DNA from: Vicugna vicugna
Lineage: Eukaryota
DNA: 64,000 bases
Direction: 5' to 3'
NCBI GenBank assembly: GCA_013265495.1
Contig: MU058883.1
Location: 614,596-678,595, forward strand
Shown here: positions 35,045-45,600 of the stretch, piece after piece
How the letters are laid out: each line of letters opens with the position of its first letter
Position numbering within the stretch: the stretch's first letter is position 1
The notes under the pieces: generated by a model
The model's input: the letters and a program-made list of their open reading frames with translations, nothing else
Told to the model about the DNA's origin: nothing
Database searches by the model: none
Program-made: the position numbers and the translations under genes

Positions 35045-35299
35045 GGGAGGCGAGGCACAGCCTGCGCGGCCCCCGCCCCTTTCCCGCCTCGGGGACCCCG
35101 CCGTGCGGGGACCCCGGGGACCGCGGTGGTGCGGGTAGGGGCCGTGAGTACCAGCCCCGTTCTTTTCATGGGTCCAGGCTTCTTTCCTTTTCCTGTTTCT
35201 TTCCGAGTCAGTTCTGGTACTTACTTCTCGCAGAAGACTGTTTCAAATGAGCTTTAGGGCGCAGTGACACAAACGTGCGCGTCATGCTCTCACGATTTT

Positions 35300-36930
35300 C
35301 TTAGGCTCTCCTGTTCTTGTAGCTGTGGCCCTACTTTCTTTCCAGATAGTTTCTATCCTTTCTTTCCTCTTAAAAAGCAATTTTCTGGAGTTGACTCATT
35401 TGTTTTCAGACTTTCTTGGGCTTTAATAAACAAATTTTTGTCTATACATTTATTTGAATGTACTGCTTAAAACCTCCGTTCCACTTAATACTTCTTTCCT
35501 TTACTTCTGAAATATTTCATCACTCCAATTGTGATTTGCCTATTTATCCATTAATTATTTAGAAGACTAAGTTCTCAAACAGGTGGAGTTTCTCCTTTTT
35601 GCTACTTAAAACACCATTAATGTAGGAATCTTTATATCTGACCTTAATGACATTTCAGCTATAAATCCTTACCTTTCTGATTGGCTCTGAGATCATTTTT
35701 ATATCAAATTTCCACTTCTAGATCATTCTTGGTAAATTGTATCCTTGTTTTGACTCATCCGTGTCCTCTAGTTTTAAAATATTTGTGATTTACATTGTAT
35801 TTTTTTTTACCCTAGAGAACAGTTATTTACCATCAGAATAATTAATCTATGATAGTCATGAAAATGTTAGTGTTTAATTCCTGGTGTTACATGAGTCACT
35901 GAAGAATGAATCATTAAAAGATTTTCAACTTGGAAAACACTGATATGCTACCAAAAAAAATCATTGACTTTGGTCTGAATTACTTGGGGGGAGAGGGGGG
36001 AGTTGATGTGATGTAAGTCTCTCATTCGATGAGTCTTCCTTTATGATCTGGTCACAATAGACTTTTGCATGTTTCAGGTGAGCTTAGGATCTTTATTGAT
36101 TTTGGAGCAAGGTTCTACACATATCCACTACGTCAGCCTTCTTAATTTTAACTTTACTATTAGAAAAACACACCAAAACATTTTCAGCCATTTGTGAATC
36201 CCAACTCTTTGGTATATTTTATTAACGTCTGTGGCTACACTAGCTTCTTAGGCATTGCTGTCCCTCTGGGTTCGTTTTTCTTCTTTCTGAAGTTGATCCT
36301 TTAGTAGCTCTTACAGGAATGTTGTGGCTGGTGAACTCACATGTATGTTCGTTTTTACATGTCTGAAAATATTTCCATCTTTGTTCTCCAAGTAGCAGGT
36401 ATGAAATTCTGGGTTAAGGGATATTTTCCCTAGGCTCCTTCTAAATATTACTCTTTTGTGACCTGGCTTTTCTTGCCAGAGGCATTTGTAGCATTTAAGT
36501 TTTTTCTCATTTCCTTTGATCCGCATCACCAACAGATTCGGTTCTTTTCAGAAGTTTCTCGCTGAGACTCAATGTGCTGTTGCTCTGGAGTGATTTCTTC
36601 TTTTGTTCTAGAAACAACTCATTTTATTCCTTCAAACATGCTTCTCCACACTCCCTTCCAGCCTCCCTTCCAGAAGTCCCTGTCTGCTGGGGCCTCCTCA
36701 TGTCTCCACCTGTCTGGAGTGCTTTTGCCTTTTGATCTCTGTGACCCTCTGTGCATGCAGGGCGACTTCATGACTGTCCCCGGCTCCCATGGTGCTCTGC
36801 TGTGTCTAGTTAGCCACTTAAAGTTTACCCTGCTTGCTGAGGAGTTTTTCTCAATGATGGTATTTTTTATTTTCAAGATTTTTTGTTTTTTTCTTTTCTT
36901 GCAAACTTGGTCCCGGTAATGCTCTCCAAG
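35300..36930 (-). mobile_element. AT-rich old L1-derived block (antisense)
   Basis: ttcttctttctgaagttgatcctttagtagctcttacagg...tgtctgaaaatatttccatc resembles the antisense L1M ORF1-ORF2 spacer. The left part is less certain. Confidence 0.5.
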
Positions 36931-37388
36931 GAGTGCAACGTGTAAGTATATGGCACAAAATGGAACGTCACACCTTCCTGCAACACGGACAGCAGCAAAG
37001 CCCAATGTCACGCTGTGACAGTTGGGCAGCTCCCTGGGCGGGCGGGTGGGCAGTGTCTGGCAGAGTGGCCGCTGGTCCCGTGAAGGCACACTTTCATGGT
37101 TTAAGTGGGTTGACATTACCTGTTGGAGCACGGACTTATGGGACTGTCACACCTACCAGATAATGAGGCGTTTGCCACTGTGGGGCTCAGTTACAGTCCA
37201 GCCCATCTACCTGTTTGAAACCCCAACAAGGTAAAGCTGAAGGTGCTGTCAGAGCAGCCTGTTTGGGAACATTGTCCACTTCACACACCCTCAGTGGTGA
37301 GCCAGGCCCAGAATCTCAGGACGGGTGAGGGAGGCGGCGAGGAAGCTGAGAGGCGCATCTGGCGCCCGGAGCCCCACGTCCCCTGCAG

Positions 37389-37461
37389 GTGCCAGGCTTC
37401 CAGGGAGGATGCGGGACACCGCTCCCCAGCCGTCTGCCTGGCCTTCGTCATCGTGTGTGAG
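37389..37461 (+). pseudogene. ANO7: ANO7 exon 22 (18-nt in-frame deletion)
   Basis: ctgcag|(R)CQASREDAGHRSP------AVCLAFVIVCE|gtacc versus YRAFRDDDGHYSQTYWNLLAIRLAFVIVFE. Confidence 0.85.
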
Positions 37462-37920
37462 GTACCGAGGCACCTCTCAGCTCTTCCGCCGATGTCCCCC
37501 ACTGGCGCTCTTGGCCTCAGCGCGGTGGTCCCCACGCCCACAGTGCTTTGCCTGACCTCGCCGTGTGGTGTGTGGGGGTCGGCATGACCAAGGGCGCGGG
37601 GCCCAGTGCTGACCGTTCTGCCACCTGGGTCAGCTCACAGTTCTTTGCATGTTCATTTCCCTGCTGGCCTCTGTCGCCCACTGTGTGGACATCAGAATGC
37701 TCTGGGCACTGCAGAGCGTCCCACTGGAGCTGGGGTGGTCTCTGGCCAGTCTCTGGCCATGGCCTCTGCCTCTCCCAGGAGTTTCCTTTTCTGCACTGAT
37801 GCTTGCTGTCCAGCTCAGCCCACACCTGGGGAGCAGGTGCCCACCCCTGGCCCCATGAAGGCCACTCAGGCACTTGTTTTGCCCAGGGGTGGGGGTGCCC
37901 TCTCCCACCACTCACACCAG

Positions 37921-38035
37921 CCCTGCTCCCGCCAGCCGGGTCCTCGACCTTGTGGTCCCCGACATCCCTGAGTCTGTGGAGATCGAGGTGAAATGGGAGT
38001 GCTGCTTGGCCGAGCAGGCGCTGGCCGGGAATGAG
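37921..38035 (+). pseudogene. ANO7: ANO7 exon 23 (5' end about 5 nt short)
   Basis: ASRVLDLVVPDIPESVEIEVKWECCLAEQALAGNE|gtgag. The nearest cag acceptor gives 115 nt versus 120. Confidence 0.85.
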
Positions 38036-38133
38036 GTGAGTGCCGACCCCAGCCTGGCGCCCTGCTGCCGTCCCGAGGGAGTGAGGAGTCCGTCCAACCA
38101 CTCTCCTCCTCCTCTGCCCTTTCCTGGAAACAG

Positions 38134-38184
38134 GCTCTTTTTGGACCAGACGGAGGCGAAGTGGACCAGCCCTCAGGCTCAGAG
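38134..38184 (+). pseudogene. ANO7: ANO7 exon 24 (intact)
   Basis: aaacag|ALFGPDGGEVDQPSGSE|gtgagt versus VLFGTNGTKDEQPEGSE. Confidence 0.8.
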
Positions 38185-38659
38185 GTGAGTCTGGGCCCAC
38201 AAGCCTAGGCTGCCAGGAGCCAGCCAGCAGGGCCTCCCCAGCACCCTCCCTCCAAGGTCACAGGGTTCATCGGAGACCCGCAGCTGAGGGGCCTGCAGCC
38301 AAGCCCAGCTGGGGGCAGAGGGATGGGGAGCGGTCCGAGGCTCACCCGCGGAGAGGCCACAGCCCAGTCCCTGGCCCTCTGGCCCAGAGTTGCCAGGCCC
38401 TTGGCCGCCTCAGGCCTCTGCTCCTGTGCCCTGTCCCAGGTCCTGTGGGAGTCCCCCAGGCCAGCTGACTACAGCAGCACCACCTGAGGGCTGGGGCACA
38501 CCGTGCCCAGGGGGGCCAGGGGTATCCCGCACCCGCGGCTTGTCGGGTAGCTGCCCTGTGCCGTCCCCACTCCAGTCTCCTGACTCAACGCAGGGTGGAA
38601 TGGCTCCACACCTGAGACGCTGCCTCCGTCACCCACCGCCCTCTGCCGGCTCCCTGCCC

Positions 38660-38690
38660 CTCATCCCTGACTGGACCCCGACTGCCTCCC
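38660..38690 (+). pseudogene. ANO7: Possible ANO7 exon 25 remnant without an AG acceptor
   Basis: LIPDWTP versus human LSSHWTP, preceded by ctgccc rather than ctgcag. Confidence 0.35.
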
Positions 38691-39660
38691 GGTTTACACG
38701 GCCCCTCGACGAGGCTTGTTTCCAGTCAGGTCAGTGGACGTGGGCCCTGCCCTCCCCCCGGCGCTCCCTGCACCTGCTCTCCCTCAAGTGGCAGTGTCCC
38801 CTCTGAGGCAGCCCCGCCCTCCTGCCCTGCCACGCCCTCTGCGTGCCTGTCCCAGCCCCATCTCCCGCCCAGGCCCTTCGATTCTCTCTTCTTGACCCCA
38901 GCCATCTTTCCCTTCCCTTCGGGCCACTGTCCCCAGCCTCTGGGCGTGCCTCTGCCTCTTCCTGTGCCATCACCGGGCTCCCCCCACCAGGCCTCACAGC
39001 ACGAGCACCCGTGTGGGGCTGGTCTGGCAGGAGACAGCTTTATGCTGACGGTGAACACTTGGAGGAAAAGACATTCCTATAATGCTCGGGGTTTCCACGT
39101 GGTTGTTTTCAAAACTGGGGGCGTAACCGTGCCTGCAGCCTGTCCTCGTCCGCTGACCGGCTTCACGGCCTCCTTCCGCCCTGACCTTCTGTTGGGTCGG
39201 TTCACACCGTGCTTCCCGACTCAGCGGCCTGTTCCCTTCCTCGACTGCTGGGAGCCCCGCTGGCACACACGCCCAGAAATCCACTCTGCTGGCCCCCGAC
39301 TCCCTTGCGGGACCTCCTCAGTGTGGACAGCGGGGTCAAAAAGGCTTTGACACATATGGCCCAGTTTCTCCCCAGAATCGCCAGGCAACACCTTGGAGCA
39401 GCGTCCTCGCTGACACGGTACCGTTCTTTAAAGACCCGCCGCTCTCGTCCCGGCGGCACCCAGCGCCCTCCACGCAGCTTCCTGACAGGCAGGGAGGCTG
39501 AGGCTGCGTTTGGGGCCCCGGCGTTTTCTGGACCTGCTTGGAGAGGAGCCGGCCTGTGGTCTGTGGATGGTGGGCGGCAGGCGCTGTGCCCACGCCAGGC
39601 CCTCGGGCTCCTCTCCCAGCTGCTTCATTCTTGCTGCTGTCTTCCACTTTATAATTTCAA

Positions 39661-39672
39661 AGTAAATTTACT
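39661..39672. terminator. Palindromic AGTAAATTTACT, giving the variant poly(A) hexamer AGTAAA on both strands
   Basis: Exact 12-bp palindrome in an AT-rich island between the convergent ANO7 and HDLBP 3' ends. Confidence 0.4.
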
Positions 39673-40402
39673 GAAACACAAGAAAACGCTCTTTATGCTC
39701 AGGCTTTTGTGAACTGAACACTGATTTAACTGGCGTTCAAATGAAGACATGGCCCAGGACGCGATGCCTGGCGGGTCCCTACCCACAGCGCTCCTCTCCG
39801 CCTCCAGTAGGCACCACCTTGGCCTTGGAAGGTTGGGACACTGGAACCCACAGGCCTGATCTCTTCCCTGGGACCCCATGACCACGGGCCCCCCTACAGC
39901 ATCCTGCACAGACGGACTGTCCTGGCTGCCGCGCCGGGCTCCCCGAGTGAGGACGACAAGTGACCCATTCTGCCCGGCTCTTAGGGATAACGCTACCATC
40001 AGACTCTCATCCACACTGCCGGGTGCCCCCCCCAGGGTGCATGTCTAGGGGTGGAATTACTGGGTCACTGGGCCAACTATCTGGCTGTAACACAGTGGGG
40101 ACAAGTGAGGCCAGGGCACCAAGGAGACTGCCCCCGCCCCTGATGGTGACAGGAGCCCACGGACAGGCAGGCAGCCTCACCGTGCCCACCACCGGCCTCC
40201 CAGCGTCGTGGCTCCTTCGGGGGCAGCAGACACCGGGCTGAGACGCACGTGCCAGCTGGGAGAGCTGCACCAAAGACTAGAACCACCTGTGGACATCCAG
40301 CTGCCACTCGAGAGCGCGGTGAAGACACCCTGGTGTCACAAGACCGAGGACACGCGCGCGGCGTCTTAAAAGGAATCCAGCACAGTATATCTGGTTTCAG
40401 GT

Positions 40403-40408
40403 TTTATT
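40403..40408 (-). terminator. HDLBP: HDLBP distal polyadenylation signal AATAAA
   Basis: tttatt on the plus strand, at the end of an AT-rich 3'UTR block (40380-40800), about 2.1 kb after the stop. Confidence 0.7.
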
Positions 40409-42179
40409 TTAGAATTTATAAAATTCCAGTGTCATCCATAGTCATGAGCGTTTACACATGTTTGCATATAATCTCCAAATTCCAAGTTAAGGCCAAGGGA
40501 CGGATTGTAGCTGTGGACACACACGATGTGGAAGACGCTGGACAAGGAGGGGATGGACACACACGCCCCACTCCCGCCAGGGCTCTCTCTGCAGCATCAG
40601 AGGCGCAGGGCACAGGCCCGGGCACAGTCATCATGTAACCTTTAACAACAACCAAAGACAGAGCAAGCGAGACCCCAAACAATTCAGGGAAGGGGAGTTT
40701 GCATCTATGACTTTCTGTAACAAATGCACATGTGCAAAAATCTGTTGTGAGAATTAAAAACTGACCTTCAGGGAAGGGCAAGGCTAGATGTTGCAGGATT
40801 TTGTAGACAAGACAAAGGGTAGGTCTGGGTGGAAACCGGAGGGAGCCAGGGAGGGGGAGGAAGCAAGCCGGCCGACAGGAGCGGCTCCTCAACTCAAGCA
40901 GGCGGGAAAGAGGAGCGGCCCCTTCCCTGCGAGGTGCCTGACGGACGGGTCCCTGAGAAAGGCCTTTCCTTCTCCCTCGCCGTTCCCATCAGCTCGGCCT
41001 AATTTAGGGTCACCCGGCCCACTGCACTCAAGCAAACGTTCCTTCTGTCCTACCCCAGTTTTCACACTCACACCCGGGCACATTCAAGACTGCTCGAGCT
41101 AATGGGGCCTGCAGAGGCGGCTGAGCTAGGCTGGGCTGAGTGAGCGGTGCCTGGTCTGCGCAGGAATTTGAGTCAAAAGGTCACCAAGCTTGAGTTATTA
41201 AATTGAGTGAAAACCTGAGGGGGTAGGGAGAGGGGGAAGGTGGTCAAAGCAGAAGTGACTCCCCAGGGCTCGAGCTGGCTTCTTTAGGGACTCTGGCAGG
41301 TTAACAGGGACAACTCGAGAGTGACCCAAGTCACCTCCCTGAGGGCAGGAACCAGCAGCCCAGGACAAGGGCTAGTCCTCAGTTCTCACTCAAAACGACA
41401 CACAGGGGCCTCTGTGCTGCCTGGGCCCCACCTTTCTGTCTCCAGAGGGGCCCAGCCAAGCCGGCTGGGGCACCCTGACTCGCCAAGCCTGGGGACCGAC
41501 ACCCACCTGAGAAAGAAGAGCCTCCCCACAGCGACAGCCTCTCTCCACCCCAGACCAGGACGCCTGACTCTCCGGCCAACTGCCACAGGCCTGTGCACGG
41601 CCTCCAAGGCTGCGTCCAAGGACAGCCTGGGGCTGGGCCCTGCAGGGGAGGGCGGGTGCAGCCTCGAGCCCAGGAGCCCAGGCACACACGGCTTGCAGCC
41701 CCAGGGACACAGCAGGCACGGACCACTGGAGAAGCCCGGGCCAAGAGGCCGAGTGCTGGGGGCGTACCCCCCAAGCACGAGACGAGCCCACGCTGGCTCT
41801 GAGGTAGGAAGAAGGCAGCTCAACGCATGGCGTCCGGGGGAGCAGGTGCCAGGGCGCTGAAGGCAGTGTGTGCAGACGAGAGCCCCACTGGCCACTCCTC
41901 CCTGCCCCGCGCTTCTCGGGTGGGGCCCCAACGCCACGGCAGCCACAGCGTACCTCAAGTGGTGCATGGCCGGGCGGAGCCCCAACATGGGCAGAGCCAG
42001 GGCCGCCCGAGACCTGCCACCCTTCTGCCCTGGCTCCATGCGGCTCTCCACTGCACCCCCCTCGGGGGCTGGGTGCTTGGGCCCTGGCAGCTGGAAGGAG
42101 GACCTGGATGGCAGGCGGGGGAAGAAGGGGGTGGGAAAGGAAGAGGGCAAACGTTTTGGCTTTTATAAAGTCAAGGAAA

Positions 42180-42185
42180 TTTATT
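42180..42185 (-). terminator. HDLBP: HDLBP proximal polyadenylation signal AATAAA
   Basis: tttatt on the plus strand about 365 nt after the stop, followed on the minus strand by tttccttgacttt. Confidence 0.7.
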
Positions 42186-42548
42186 TCCTGAGGTCATGAC
42201 ACAGGAAGCAGACTCAGCACAGTGTGGCGCGCTCCTCATGGAGGCCGGGGCCTCCGACATGCTGGGTGGGCCAGGGGCTTACTGTGAGACGTCCCGTGAC
42301 CTCGTTTAGTGTTCACGACTGCATAGAGCCGCCCCGGAGCAAAGGTTGTGGGCAGGTCCTGGGCCACGCTGGGTGCTGGCCAGCCTGGGAACCCGCCACA
42401 CGCAGCGCGGGCGCCGGCTTCGCTGTGAGACCTCGGGGAAGGGGGGCGTCGGCAATTTACGGAGGGTCCAGCCGCTGGGTCTGATCGAGACAAACCACTG
42501 TGTGGTGGGCTGGGGTCAGCAGGCTGGGGAGCGGCTGCTTTCTGATCA

Positions 42549-42635
42549 TTATCGTTTGGGGCCCCAAGGGAGGGTCTTGGGGGCCACCTGAGCCCCAAAG
42601 CTGGGAAACTCCTCCGAGCTGCTCATGTCGGGAGC
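42549..42635 (-). CDS. HDLBP: HDLBP last coding exon
   Basis: APDMSSSEEFPSFGAQVAPKTLPWGPKR then TAA, immediately followed by TGA. Confidence 0.97.
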   Translation of the reverse strand, partial: APDMSSSEEFPSFGAQVAPKTLPWGPKR

Positions 42636-45600
42636 CTGTGGGGAGAAGGCACAGCTTCAGTGAGGGCCGCCCATGCTCATCCTGGTGCTGGCGGCCCGGC
42701 ACGCACACGTGGGGCGGGGGCAGAGCCGGCTCACCTTCTCGCCGCTGCTGGCTGTCCAGGGAGCATCCCGCACCACAAAGCCCCTGGACGGTGCCTTGGA
42801 TTCCTCATGGGCTGGGGGCTTCATGTACAGCTGCAGTGCCTCGCTGTCCACCACGTCGGCCAGCTGGGGGTACAGGGGAGGGTCAGTGTGTGGCAGCAGG
42901 GATGCGAGCCCCCAGCATGGGCCTCCGCCCACCCATGACTCACGTATTCCTCTTCCAGGTTGAGGATGTGGTCGATCGCCTCCTCCACGTTTTCTGGGAG
43001 CCCCGTCACGGTGACACAGTTGGGGTCAGGGGCCCCACTCTGTGGGAAGCGAATGTCCACCTGGAAGGGGCATGCAGTGGCTGAGGTGGCTCCGAGAGCC
43101 CGCCCAGGGGCTCTGGACCAAAGGGTCACCCTGGTACAAACAGCTGTGACTCACATGACCCCACTGCCTTAGGAACGGGCCCCTGAGCCTCAAGATACCT
43201 CCCCAGTCCGACCCCCGAGGGTGGTCGGGAGCCCAGGCAGGAAGGCTCGAGACCTGTGGTGGTCCTGGGGCTCCCTCCACTGGCCCTCATGGAAGGAGAT
43301 GCCTCAATGGTGTGGGAAGCCCGGCCCTGCCCCCCGCCACATCCCTCTGGCCAGGCTGGAACGCACCTTGAATTCATCCATGATCTTGCGGATGGCTTTG
43401 CCCCGGGCACCAATGATGCGGGCGTGGACACGGTGGTCTAGTGGGACGTCCTCAGAAACCATCTGTTCGAGTTCGCCCACGATCTTCAGTATCGCGTCCC
43501 GAGCGGCTTCGGTGTTCTTTTCGTATCCTGTGATGGTAATTTGGTCCTGGGGCTGAGAAAGGAAAAGCGGGTCAGAAGAGGCAGTGCCCCAGGGACCCCT
43601 GACCTCGAGCACCGACTGGAGGGGCTGGCTGGCCAAGGACTGAGTGAGGCAGGCCCCACCGACGGGGGAAAGCCCAGCCTGCTCAGGAGAGAAGGGAGGT
43701 GTGCGAGCACACCAGGTGACCGATTCATGACGACAGGTAAACGACGTCCCTCAGCTGCTGCCCCTCCCAGCTCCACCACAGAGAGCCGCAGGAAGGGGAG
43801 GAGCCCGGCCAGAGGTGAGACGAGACAGGCAGGCGATGGCGCAGGGAAGGGCCCTCCGCTGGAAACAGACCCGGAGAGAAGGGGCCAGACTCTGCGGCCG
43901 GCGCTCCACACCCACCGGGGCTCCCAGCTCAGCACCGCCCCCCTCAAATGAACAGGTGAGAGTGGAGCAGACAGGTAGTCCGAGACACAGAGAAGAAAAC
44001 CTGGAAACAAAGCACAGCCTGAAGCCACACTCCTCAGGACAGGAAGACACACTACACCCATGCAGGAAGACGAGAACATGGTGCAGAAAGACCAGAGGGC
44101 AAATGCGCACGCCTGGAGACAAAGCAGGGACGCAAGGGCTTGCCCCAGGGGAGACGAGAGAGACTCTAGGACACACCAGGGCAGCACCAGGTGCCTCCTG
44201 TCCCGATGGAGCAAATGCAGACAGTGGGAGCCCAGCCCCGCAGAGCCCAGAAGCCTCCACAGCTGATGAGCCCATCGCCCACCAAATACACAGCAGCCAC
44301 GGAACAGACTCACAGGAGAAAGCTGTGCGTGCAGAACACATGACCCCGCGACCCCGCGAGCAACGGAAACATCCAGACGCCAAATAACGACTTAAGAAAC
44401 TGACGACTGTGTGGAAGAACTGAGGGAAGTAAAAGGCAGAGAAAACGAGGCGTGTGAGAGAACTGAGTTCTCAAGATCAAGATACTCAAAAGAGTTTAAA
44501 AACCTAGCAGCATAAACGCCCTTAGAGACACAGAGCCAGTAAAAGGCACTGCACGGAAACCGCCTGGGGAGGCTCGGCATGAGGGGCAGAGCGTCAGACC
44601 CCAGAAGTAAGAGGCCGGGGAGGGCAGGAGGCGTGGCAGGCAGGAGGGGCCTGCTGGCCAGAGGGCTCTGGGGAGCTGCTGCTGGCGCGGTGCTGCGGAC
44701 CGAGGACTGCAGGAGACCCAGGCAGAGCCAGGGGGCGGAAAGGGCCAGAGAGGACGTGCAGCGGCGTGGGACGGGCCAGCAGGCGGTGCCCAGGGAGCAG
44801 GCTGCCTTCTGAGTGCAGAGGGCGGAGGGCGCACCTCTGCAGGGCTGCTCTGGTGGACGCAACTGCACAAGAAGGACCCCGCCGAACCCCAAGAGTGACC
44901 AGGAGGGCGCAGGCGAAACGCCCCACGTCCACACGGTGACACGACTCTGTCAGGGAAAGCCCAGGCAGCTGGCATGGACCAAGATGGGCCCAAACCCCCA
45001 GCCACGATCAGACCCTCAGATCGGCTGCTCTGAACTCTGCACTTTCACTGCCACTCTGGTCACCGTGCCCAGGTCACGACAGAGGTCAACGAGAGGCCCC
45101 CTGCCCCTGACATGCTTCAGCCACGGGGCCAACCCGGTGGCCACCCTTACCTGGCTCCCGTCTTCCTTGTCAGGAAACTGGATGTTCACGTCGTGCTCCA
45201 AGCGGATCTGCGTGATCACTGCCCCCTTTCTCCCGATGATTTTGGGGTGGTATTTGGGGTCTACAATGACGCTCAGCTTAAAACTCCTTAAAGCCTACAG
45301 ATGAAACAAGTGGGAGTGAGGCCAAGGGGAGGGCACTGCGGCCTTGACCTCCACCATCAGGCGCATCCACACGCCCCCGGCTCCATCCCAATCCTGGAAG
45401 GCGTCCGCCGTCGCCTCAGCAACAAGAGCGAGACACGGCGTGCCTGCTGGCCTCCGGGCCCTCCACCGCCCACCAGTGACGGGAACCCGAGCCCACTCCG
45501 TGACCACCAGCACAAACACCCCTCAGGAAAGGACCTGAAGAGGCAAGCTACACGCTGGCATCCCCCGGGCGGGGCAGCACACTGTAGGGTGGGCCCCAGG

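Larger units (their letters stand above)
34480..35150. promoter_or_regulatory. Intragenic CpG island over ANO7 exons 20-21
   Basis: Extremely CpG-dense (cgcgcgcc, ggccgcgg, gcgcgcccggccgcc), judged by eye. Confidence 0.65.
14506..38184 (+). pseudogene. ANO7: ANO7 (anoctamin-7/TMEM16G/NGEP) unitary pseudogene, exons 2-24 recognisable
   Basis: 23 exons are collinear with human ANO7 between PPP1R7 and HDLBP. In-frame TAG at 18833, net frameshifts in about 11 exons, and non-GT donors after exons 2, 4, 8, 10, 11 and 21. Confidence 0.9.

Noticed and set aside
14506-38184. ANO7 lesions as pure sequencing or assembly error
   Set aside because: The flanking HDLBP and PPP1R7 exons of similar GC content are flawless, and the lesions include tandem duplications, multi-codon deletions and a stop outside homopolymers. 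Individual lesions, such as the G-run at 18881, could still be errors.
42540-42555. Stop-codon readthrough of HDLBP or PPP1R7
   Set aside because: HDLBP ends TAA TGA (double stop), and the PPP1R7 TGA is followed by ACC, not the CTAG readthrough context.
43546-43554. Tandem alternative acceptors at HDLBP exons (cag CCC CAG; tag AAA AAG at 61161-61171)
   Set aside because: Present in the sequence, but such motifs are common and there is no evidence of use.
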